Of a stretch of 64,000 nt of DNA, positions 13,001 to 24,563 are shown in pieces. This DNA comes from Antedon mediterranea (taxonomy: Eukaryota; Animalia; Echinodermata): contig NC_092671.1 in assembly GCF_964355755.1 (NCBI RefSeq), positions 22,027,317 to 22,091,316 of the forward strand, read 5' to 3'. Under the pieces are notes generated by a model, which did no database searches, was not told the DNA's origin, and worked only from the letters and a program-made list of their open reading frames with translations. Every line of letters starts with the position of its first letter. Position 1 is the stretch's first letter. The translations under genes were made by a program, and so were the position numbers.

Positions 13001-16000
13001 CGTTTTAGACCATTTTGTGATTTTCGAAAAAAACTTGTTAACATAAAAACACCAAAGTGCTTAGAATAGCTTCAAATCGCATTTGGAGACGTTTTAAACC
13101 ATTTTGTGATTTTCGAAAAAACTTGTTAACATAAAAACACCAAAATGTTTAGAATAGCTTCAAATCGCATTTGGAGACGTTTGAGACCATTTTGTGATTT
13201 TCGAAAAAACTTGTTAACACAAAAACACCAAAGTGATTAGAATAGCTTCAAATCGCATTTGGAGACGTTTTAGACCATTTTCTGATTTTCGAAAAAACTT
13301 GTTAACATAAAAACACCAAAGTGATTAGAATAGCTTCAAATCGCATTTGGAGACGTTTTAGACCATTTTGTGCATTTCGATGAAACTTGGTTACGCAAAA
13401 ACATCAAAGTGATTAAAATCACATTATAAACCGTTTTAGACCATTTTGAGCATATCGATAAAACTTTTTACACAAAAACATCAAAGAGCACAAAATAGCT
13501 TAATATCGTATTTGGAAACGTTTTAGAACATTTTGTGATTTTCGAAAAAACTTGTTAACATAAAACACCAAAGTGTACAGAATAGCTTCAAATCGCATTT
13601 GGAGACATTTTAGACCAATTTGTGATTTTCGAAAAAACTAGTTAACATAAAAACACCAAAGTGCTAAGAATAGCTTCAAATCGCATTTGGAGACATTTTA
13701 GACCAATTTGTGATTTTCGAAAAAACTTGGTTACACAAAAACATCAAAGTGCTTAAAATCACATTATAAAACCGTTTTAGACCATTTTGAGCATTTCGAT
13801 AACACTTTTCACACAAAAACATCAAAGAGCATAAAATAGGTTAATATCGTATTTAAAAACGTTTTAGACCATTTTGAGCATTTCGACAAAACTTTTTCAC
13901 ACAAAACACCAAAGTGTACAGAATAGCTTAATATCGTATTTAAAAACGTTTTTGACCATTTTGTGATTTTCGAAAAAACTTGTTAACATAAAAACACCAA
14001 AATGTTTAGAATAGCTTCAAATCGCATTTGGAGACGTTTTAGACCATTTTGTGATTTTCGAAAAAACTTGTTAACACAAAAACACCAAAGTGATTAGAAT
14101 AGCTTCAAATCGCATTTGGAGACGTTTTAGACCATTTTGTGATTTTCGAAAAAACTTGTTAACATAAAAACACCAAAGTGATTAGAATAGATTCAAATCG
14201 CATTTGGAGACGTTTTAGACCATTTTGTGCATTTCGATGAAACTTGGTTACGCAAAAACATCAATGTGCTTAAAATCACATTATAAACCGTTTTAGACCA
14301 TTTTGAGCATATCCATAAAACTTTTTACACAAAACACCAAAGTGCTTAGAATAGCTTCAAATCGCATTTGGAGACGTTTTAGACCATTTTGTGATTTTCG
14401 ACAAAACTTTTTCACACAAAACACCAAAGTGCTTAGAATACCTTCAAATCGCATTTGGAGACGTTTTAGACCATTTTGTGATTTTCGAAAAAACTTGTTA
14501 ACATAAAAACATCAAAGTGTACAGAATAGCTTCAAATCGCATTTGGAGACGTTTTAGACCATTTTGTGATTTTCGAAAAAACTTGTTAACATAAAAACAC
14601 CAAAGTGCTTAGAATAGCTTCAAATCGCATTAAGAGACGTTTTAGACCATTTTGTTATTTTCGAAAAAACTTGTTAACATAAAAACACCAAAATGTTTAG
14701 AATAGCTTCAAATCGCATTTGTAGACGTTTTAGACCATTTTGTGATTTTCGAAAAAACTTGTTAACACAAAAACACCAAAGTGATTAGAATAGCTTCAAA
14801 TCGCATTTGGAGACGTTTTAGACCATTTTGTGCATTTCGATGAAACTTGGTTACGCAAAAACATCAAAGTGCTTAAAATCACATTATAAACCGTTTTAGA
14901 CCATTTTGAGCATATCGATAACACTTTTCACACAAAAACATCAAAGACCACAATATAGCTTAATATCGTATTTAAAAACGTTTTAGACCATTTTGAGCAA
15001 TTCGACAAAACTTTTTCACACAAAACACCAAAGTGCTTAGAATAGCTTCAAATCGCATTTGGAGACGTTTTAGACCATTTTGTGATTTTCGAAAAAACTT
15101 GTTAACATAAAAACATCAAAGGGCTAAGAATAGCTTCAAATCGCATTTGGAGACATTTTAGACCAATTAGTGATTTTCGAAAAAACTTGGTTACACAAAA
15201 ACATCAAAGTGGTTAAAATCACATTATAAACCGTTTTAGACCATTTTGAGCATATCGATAAAATTTTTTACACAAAAACATCAAAGAGCACAAAATAGCT
15301 TAATATCGTATTTGGAAACGTTTTAGAACATTTTGTGATTTTCGAAAAAACTTGTTAACATAAAACACCAAAGTGTACAGAATAGCTTCAAATCGCATTT
15401 GGAGACATTTTAGACCAATTTGTGATTTTCGAAAAAACTTGTTAACATAAAAACACCAAAGTGCTAAGAATAGCTTCAAATCGCATTTGGAGACATTTTA
15501 GACCAATTTGTGATTTTCGAAAAAACTTGGTTACACAAAAACATCAAAGTGCTTAAAATCACATTATAAAACCGTTTTAGACCATTTTGAGCATTTCGAT
15601 AACACTTTTCACACAAAAACATCAAAGAGCATAAAATAGGTTAATATCGTATTTAAAAACGTTTTAGACCATTTTGAGCATTTCGATGAAACTTGGTTAC
15701 GCAAAAACATCAAAGTGTTTAAAATCACATTATAAACCGTTTTAGACCATTTTGAGCATATCGATAAAATTTTTTACACAAAAACATCAAAGAGCACAAA
15801 ATAGCTTAATATCGTATTTGGAAACGTTTTAGAACATTTTGTGATTTTCGAAAAAACTTGTTAACATAAAACACCAAAGTGTACAGAATAGCTTCAAATC
15901 GCATTTGGAGACATTTTAGACAAATTTGTGATTTTCGAAAAAACTTGTTAACATAAAAACACCAAAGTGCTAAGAATAGCTTCAAATCGCATTTGGAGAC

Positions 16001-19000
16001 ATTTTAGACCAATTTGTGATTTTCGAAAAAACTTGGTTACACAAAAACATCAAAGTGCTTAAAATCACATTATAAAACCGTTTTAGACCATTTTGAGCAT
16101 TTCGATAACACTTTTCACACAAAAACATCAAAGAGCATAAAATAGGTTAATATCGTATTTAAAAACGTTTTAGACCATTTTGAGCATTTCGACAAAACTT
16201 TTTCACACAAAACACCAAAGTGTACAGAATAGCTTAATATCGTATTTAAAAACGTTTTAGACCATTTTGTGATTTTCGAAAAAACTTGTTAACATAAAAA
16301 CACCAAAGTACTTACAATAGCTTCAAATCGCATTAGGAGACGTTTTAGACCATTTTGTGATTTTCGAAAAAACTTGTTAACATAAAAACATCAAAGTGTA
16401 CAGAATAGCTTCAAATCGCATTTGGAGACGTTTTAGACCATTTTGTGATTTTCGAAAAAAACTTGTTAACATAAAAACACCAAAGTGCTTAGAATAGCTT
16501 CAAATCGCATTTGGAGACGTTTTAGACCATTTTGTGATTTTCGAAAAAACTTGTTAATATAAAAACACCAAAGTACTTAGAATAGCTTCAAATCGCATTT
16601 GGAGACGTTTTAGACCATTTTGTGATTTTCGAAAAAACTTGTTAACATAAAAACACCAAAGTTCTTAAAATAGCTTCAAATCGCATTTGGAGACGTTTTA
16701 GACCATTTTGTGATTTTCGAAAAAACTTGTTAACACAAAAACACCAAAGTGTTTAGAAAAGCTTCAAATCGCATTTGGAGAAGTTTTAGACCATTTTGTG
16801 ATTTTCGAAAAAACTTGTTAACATAAAAACACCAAAGTGTTTAGAAAAGCTTCAAATCGCATTTGGAGACGTTTTAGACCATTTTGGGATTTTCGAAAAA
16901 ACTTGTTAACATAAAAACACCAAAGTGCTTAGAATAGCTTCAAATCGCATTTGGAGACGTTTTAGACCATTTTGTAATTTTCAAAAAAACTTGTTAACAT
17001 AAAAACACCAAAGTTCTTAGAATAGCTTCAAATCGCATTTGGAGACGTTTTAGACCATTTTGTGCATTTCGATGAAACTTGGTTACACAAAAACATCAAA
17101 GTCCTTAAAATCACATTATAAACCGTTTTAGACCATTTGAGCATTTCGATAACACTTTTCACACAAAAACATCAAAGAGCACAATATAGCTTAATATCCT
17201 ATTTAAAAACGTTTTAGACCATTTTGAGCATTTCGACAAAACTTTTTCACACAAAACACCAAAGTGCTTAGAATACCTTCAAATCGCATTTGGAGACGTT
17301 TTAGACCATTTTGTGTTTTTCGAAAAAACTTGTTAACATAAAAACATCAAAGTTTACAGAATAGCTTCAAATCGCATTTGGAGACGTTTTAGACAATTTT
17401 GTGATTTTCGAAAAAACTTGTTAATATAAAAACACCAAAGTGCTTAGAATAGCTTCAAATCGCATTGGGAGACGTTTTAGACCATTTTGTGATTTTCGAA
17501 AAAACTTGTTAACATAAAAACATCAAAGTGTACAGAATAGCTTCAAATCGCATTTGGAGACGTTTTAGACCATTTTGTGATTTTCGAAAAAACTTGTTAA
17601 CATAAAAACACCAAAGTGCTTAGAATAGCTTCAAATCGCATTTGGAGACGTTTTAAACCATTTTGTGATTTTCGAAAAAACTTGTTAACATAAAAACACC
17701 AAAATGTTTAGAATAGCTTCAAATCGCATTTGGAGACGTTTTAGACCATTTTGTGATTTTCGAAAAAACTTGTTAACACAAAAACACCAAAGTGATTAGA
17801 ATAGCTTCAAATCGCATTTGGAGACGTTTTAGACCATTTTCTGATTTTCGAAAAAACTTGTTAACATAAAAACACCAAAGTGATTAGAATAGCTTCAAAT
17901 CGCATTTGGAGACGTTTTAGACCATTTTGTGCATTTCGATGAAACTTGGTTACGCAAAAACATCAAAGTGCTTAAAATCACATTATAAACCGTTTTAGAC
18001 CATTTTGAGCATATCGATAAAACTTTTTACACAAAAACATCAAAGAGCACAAAATAGCTTAATATCGTATTTGGAAACGTTTTAGAACATTTTGTGATTT
18101 TCGAAAAAACTTGCTAACATAAAACACCAAAGTGTACAGAATAGCTTCAAATCGCATTTGGAGACATTTTAGACCAATTTGTGATTTTCGAAAAAACTTG
18201 TTAACATAAAAACACCAAAGTGCTAAGAATAGCTTCAAATCGCATTTGGAGACATTTTAGACCAATTTGTGATTTTCGAAAAAACTTGGTTACACAAAAA
18301 CATCAAAGTGCTTAAAATCACATTATAAAACCGTTTTAGACCATTTTGAGCATTTCGATAACACTTTTCACACAAAAACATCAAAGAGCATAAAATAGGT
18401 TAATATCGTATTTAAAAACGTTTTAGACCATTTTGAGCATTTCGACAAAACTTTTTCACACAAAACACCAAAGTGTACAGAATAGCTTAATATCGTATTT
18501 AAAAACGTTTTAGACCATTTTGTGATTTTCGAAAAAACTTGTTAACATAAAAACACCAAAATGTTTAGAATAGCTTCAAATCGCATTTGGAGACGTTTTA
18601 GTCCATTTTGTGATTTTCGAAAAAACTTGTTAACACAAAAACACCAAAGTGATTAGAATAGCTTCAAATCGCATTTGGAGACGTTTTAGACCATTTTGTG
18701 ATTTTCGAAAAAACTTGTTAACATAAAAACACCAAAGTGATTAGAATAGATTCAAATCGCATTTGGAGACGTTTTAGACCATTTTGTGCATTTCGATGAA
18801 ACTTGGTTACGCAAAAACATCAATGTGCTTAAAATCACATTATAAACCGTTTTAGACCATTTTGAGCATATCCATAAAACTTTTTACACAAAACACCAAA
18901 GTGCTTAGAATAGCTTCAAATCGCATTTGGAGACGTTTTAGACCATTTTGTGATTTTCGACAAAACTTTTTCACACAAAACACCAAAGTGCTTAGAATAC

Positions 19001-19200
19001 CTTCAGATCGCATTTGGAGACGTTTTAGACCATTTTGTGATTTTCGAAAAAACTTGTTAACATAAAAACATCAAAGTGTACAGAATAGCTTCAAATCGCA
19101 TTTGGAGACGTTTTAGACCATTTTGTGATTTTCGAAAAAACTTGTTAACATAAAAACACCAAAGTGCTTAGAATAGCTTCAAATCGCATTAGGAGACGTT
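10060..19200 (+). repeat. Block ~10060-14640 recopied at ~15750-19200 (offset 5691, then 4559-4560)
   Basis: GACAAATTT at 10228/15919 and GTACTTACAAT are shared at offset 5691. GTCCTTAAAA at 12541/17101, TTTCTGATT near 13281/17840, and the CAATGTGCTT and ATCCATAA variants are shared at offset 4559-4560. The difference of about 1132 equals an internal duplication in the first copy. Confidence 0.85.
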
Positions 19201-19293
19201 TTAGACCATTTTGTGATTTTCGAAAAACTTGTTAACATAAAAACACCAAAGTGCTTAGAATAGCTTCAAATCGCATTTGGAGACGTTTTAGAC

Positions 19294-22200
19294 CATTTTG
19301 TGATTTTCGAAAAAACTTGTTAACATAAAAACACCAAAATGTTTAGAATAGCTTCAAATCGCATTTGGAGACGTTTTAGACCATTTTGTGATTTTCGAAA
19401 AAACTTGTTAACACAAAAACACAAAAGTTATTAGAATAGCTTCAAATCGCATTTGGAGACGTTTTAGACCATTTTGTGCATTTCGATGAAACTTGGTTAC
19501 GCAAAAACATCAAAGTGCTTAAAATCACATTATAAACCGTTTTAGACCATTTTGAGCATATCGATAACACTTTTCACACAAAAACATCAAAGAGCACAAT
19601 ATAGCTTAATATCGTATTTAAAAACGTTTTAGACCATTTTGAGCATTTCGACAAAACTTTTTCACACAAAACACCAAAGTGCTTAGAATAGCTTCAAATC
19701 GCATTTGGAGACGTTTTAGACCATTTTGTGATTTTCGAAAAAACTTGTTAACATAAAAACATCAAAGTGCTAAGAATAGCTTCAAATCGAATTTGGAGAC
19801 ATTTTAGACCAATTTGTGATTTTCGAAAAAACTTGGTTACACAAAAACATCAAAGTGGTTAAAATCACATTATAAACCGTTTTAGACCATTTTGAGCATT
19901 TCGATAACACTTTTCACACAAAAACATCAAAGTGCTTAGAATAGCTTCAAATCGCATTTGGAGACGTTTTAGACCATTTTGTGATTTTCGAAAAAAACTT
20001 TTTAACATAAAAACACCAAACTGCTAAGAATAGCTTCAAATCGCATATGGAGACAATTTAGACCATTTTGTGATTTTCGAAAAAACTTGTTAACATAAAA
20101 ACACCAAAGTGCTTAGAATACCTTCAAATCGCATTTGGAGACATTTTAGACCATTTTGTGATTTTCGAAAAGACTTGTTAACATAAAAACATCAAAGTGC
20201 TAAGAATAGCTTCCAATCGCATTTGGAGACGTTTTAGACCATTTTGTGATTTTCGAAAACAACTTGTTAACATAAAAACACCAAAATGCTTAGTATAGCT
20301 TCAAATCGCATTTGGAGACGTTTTAGACCAATTTGTGATTTTCGAAAAAACTTGGTTACACAAAAACATCAAAGTGGATAAAATCACATTATAAACCGTT
20401 TTAGACCATTTTGAGCATATCGATAACACTTTTCACACAAAAACATCAAAGAGCACAATATAGCTTAATATCGTATTTAAAAACGTTTTAGACCATTTTG
20501 AGCATTTCGACAAAACTTTTTCACACAAAACACCAAAGTGCTTAGAATAGCTTCAAATCGCATTTGGAGACGTTTTAGACCATTTTGTGATTTTCGAAAA
20601 AACTTGTTAACATAAAAACATCAAAGTGCTAAGAATAGCTTCAAATCGAATTTGGAGACATTTTAGACCAATTAGTGATTTTCGAAAAAACTTGGTTACA
20701 CAAAAACATCAAAGTGGTTAAAATCACATTATAAACCGTTTTAGACCATTTTGAGCATTTCGATAACACTTTTCACACAAAAACATCAAAGTGCTTAGAA
20801 TAGCTTCAAATCGCATTTGGAGACGTTTTAGACCATTTTGTGATTTTCGAAAAAAACTTTTTAACATAAAAACACCAAACTGCTAAGAATAGCTTCAAAT
20901 CGCATATGGAGACAATTTAGACCATTTTGTGATTTTCGAAAAAACTTGTTAACATAAAAACACCAAAGTGCTTAGAATACCTTCAAATCGCATTTGGAGA
21001 CGTTTTAGACCATTTTGTGATTTTCCAAAAAACTTGTTAACATAAAAACATCAAAGTGTACAGAATAGCTTCAAATCGCATTTGGAGACGTTTTAGACCA
21101 TTTTGTGATTTTCGAAAAAACTTGTTAACATAAAAACACCAAAGTGCTTAGAATAGCTTCAAATCGCATTAGGAGACGTTTTAGACCATTTTGTGATTTT
21201 CGAAAAAACTTGTTAACATAAAAACACCAAAGTGCTTAGAATAGCTTCAAATCGCATTTGGAGACGTTTTAGACCATTTTGTGATTTTCGAAAAAACTTG
21301 TTAACATAAAAACACCAAAATGTTTAGAATAGCTTCAAATCACATTTGGAGACGTTTTAGACCATTTTGTGATTTTCGAAAAAACTTGTTAACACAAAAA
21401 CACCAAAGTGATTAGAATAGCTTCAAATCGCATTTGGAGACGTTTTAGACCAATTTGTGCATTTCGATGAAACTTGGTTACGCAAAAACATCAAAGTGCT
21501 TAAAATCACATTATAAACCGTTTTAGACCATTTTGAGCATATCGATAACACTTTTCACACAAAAACATCAAAGAGCACAATATTGCTTAATATCTTATTT
21601 AAAAACGTTTTAGACCATTTTGAGCATTTCGACAAAACTTTTTCACACAAAACACCAAAGTGCTTAGAATAGCTTCAAATCGCATTTGGAGACGTTTTAG
21701 ACCATTTTGTGATTTTCGAAAAAACTTGTTAACATAAAAACATCAAAGTGCTAAGAATAGCTTCAAATCGCATTTGGAGACATTTTAGACCAATTAGTGA
21801 ATTTCGAAAAAACTTGGTTACACAAAAACATCAAAGTGGTTAAAATCACATTATAAACCGTTTTAGACCATTTTGAGCATTTCGATAACACTTTTCACAC
21901 AAAAACATCAAAGTGCTTAGAATAGCTTCAAATCGCATTTGGAGACGTTTTAGACCATTTTGTGATTTTCGAAAAAAACTTTTTAACATAAAAACACCAA
22001 ACTGCTAAGAATAGCTTCAAATCGCATATGGAGACAATTTAGACCATTTTGTGATTTTCGAAAAAACTTGTTAACATAAAAACACCAAAGTGCTAAGAAT
22101 AGCTTCAAATCGCATATGGAGACAATTTAGACCATTTTGTGATTTTCGAAAAAAACTTGTTAACATAAAAACACCAAAGTGCTTAGAATACCTTCAAATC

Positions 22201-24070
22201 GCATTTGGAGACGTTTAAGACCATTTTGTGATTTTCGAAAAAACTTGTTAACATAAAAACACCAAAGTGCTTAGAATAGCTTCAATTCGCATTTGGAGAC
22301 GTTTTAGACCAATTTGTGATTTTCGAAAAAACTTGGTTACACAAAAACATCAAAGTGGATAAAAGCACATTATAAACCGTTTTAGACCATTTTGAGCATT
22401 TCGATAACACATTTCACACAAAAACATCAAAGAGCACAAAATAGCTTAATATCGTATTTAAAAACGTTTTAAACCATTTTGAGCATTTCGACAAAACTTT
22501 TTCACACAAAACACCAAAGTGTACAGAATAGCTTCAAATCGCATTTGGAGACGTTTTAGACCATTTTGTGATTTTCGAAAAAACTTGTTAATATAAAAAC
22601 ACCAAAGTACTTAGAATAGCTTCAAATCGCATTTGGAGACGTTTTAGACCATTTTGTGATTTTCGAAAAAACTTGTTAACATAAAAACATCAAAGTGCTA
22701 AGAATAGCTTCCAATCGCATTTGGAGACATTTTAGACCAATTTGTGATTTTCGAAAAAACTTGGTTACACAAAAACATCAAAGTGCTTAAAATCACATTA
22801 TAAACCGTTTTAGACCATTTTGAGCATTTCGATAACACATTTCACACAAAAACATCAAAGAGCACAAAATAGCTTAATATCGTATTTAAAAACGTTTTAA
22901 ACCATTTTGAGCATTTCGACAAAACTTTTTCACACAAAACACCAAAGTGTTTAGAAAAGCTTCAAATCGCATTTGGAGACGTTTTAGACCATTTTGGGAT
23001 TTTCGAAAAAACTTGTTAACATAAAAACACCAAAGTGCTTAGAATAGCTTCAAATCGCATTTGGAGACGTTTTAGACCATTTTGTAATTTTCGAAAAAAC
23101 TTGTTAACATAAAAACACCAAAATGTTTAGAATAGCTTCAAATCGCATTTGGAGACGTTTTAGACCATTTTGTGTTTTTGAAAAAACTTGTTAACACAAA
23201 AACACCAAAGTGATTAGAATAGCTTCAAATCGCATTTGGAGACGTTTTAGACCATTTTGTGATTTTCGAAAAAACTTGTTAACATAAAAACACCAAAGTG
23301 ATTAGAATAGCTTCAAATCGCATTTGGAGACGTTTTAGACCATTTTGTGCATTTCGATGAAACTTGGTTACGCAAAAACATCAAAGTAATAATCACATTA
23401 TAAACAGTTTTAGACCATTTTGAGCATATCGATAAAACTTTTTACACAAAACACCAAAGTGCTTAGAATAGCTTCAAATCGCATTTGGAGACGTTTTAGA
23501 CCATTTTGTGATTTTCGACAAAACTTTTTCACACAAAACACCAAAGTGCTTAGAATACCTTCAAATCGCATTTGGAGACGTTTTAGACCATTTTGTGATT
23601 TTCGAAAAAACTTGTTAACATAAAAACATCAAAGTGTACAGAATAGCTTCAAATCGCATTTGGAGACGTTTTAGACCATTTTGTGATTTTCGAAAAAACT
23701 TCTTAACATAAAAACACCAAAGTGCTTAGAATAGCTTCAAATCGCATTAGGAGACGTTTTAGACCATTTTGTTATTTTCGAAAAAACTTGTTAACATAAA
23801 AACACCAAAATGTTTAGAATAGCTTCAAATCGCATTTGTAGACGTTTTAGACCATTTTGTGATTTTCGAAAAAACTTGTTAACACAAAAACACCAAAGTG
23901 ATTAGAATAGCTTCAAATCGCATTTGGAGACGTTTTAGACCATTTTGTGCATTTCGATGAAACTTGGTTACGCAAAAACATCAAAGTGCTTAAAATCACA
24001 TTATAAACCGTTTTAGACCATTTTGAGCATATCGATAACACTTTTCACACAAAAACATCAAAGAGCACAA
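19294..24070 (+). repeat. ~4.8 kb block recopied at ~54974-59750 (offset 35,680 bp)
   Basis: CACAAAAGTTATTAG (19420/55100), AATCGAATTT (19785/55465), CGAAAAGACTT (20166/55846) and AACTTCTTAAC (23697/59377) are shared. ORFs 23420 and 59100 are also at offset 35680. Confidence 0.92.
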
Positions 24071-24563
24071 CATAGCTTAATATCGTATTTAAAAACGTTT
24101 TAGACCATTTCGAGCATTTCGACAAAACTTTTTCACACAAAACACCAAAGTGCTTAGAATAGCTTCAAATCGCATTTGGAGACGTTTTAGACCATTTTGT
24201 GATTTTCGAAAAAACTTGTTAACACAAAAACACCAAAGTGTTTAGAATAGCTTCAATTCGCATTTGGAGACGTTTTAGACCATTTTGTGCATTTCGATGA
24301 AACTTGGTTACACAAAAACATCAAAGTCACATTATAAACCGTTTTAGACCATTTTGAGCATTTCGATAACACTTTTCACACAAAAACATCAAAGAGCACA
24401 ATATAGCTTAATATCGTATTTAAAAACGTTTTAGACCATTTTGAGCATTTCGACAAAACTTTTTCACACAAAACACCAAAGTGCTTAGAATAGCTTCAAA
24501 TCGCATTTGGAGACGTTTTAGACCATTTTGTTATTTTCGAAAAAACTTGTTAACATAAAAACA

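Larger units (their letters stand above)
1..13450 (+). repeat. Higher-order duplication with 7588-bp offset (1-~5700 recopied from 7589, with whole-monomer gains and losses)
   Basis: Base 1 corresponds to base 7589. ORFs 1794 and 9382 differ by 7588, and rare variants are shared (GTTTAAGACC, AAAGCACATT, TTTGAAGACG, GTAATAATCAC). The offset drops to 7324 (minus 3x88) at the B monomers 2324 and 9648. Confidence 0.88.

Noticed and set aside
14303-23623. Apparent regular ~4559-bp period from ORF starts 14303, 18862, 23420
   Set aside because: Only the first interval is a true duplication. The 23420 copy has a different haplotype (GTAATAATCAC) and different upstream monomer order, so the 4558 spacing appears coincidental.
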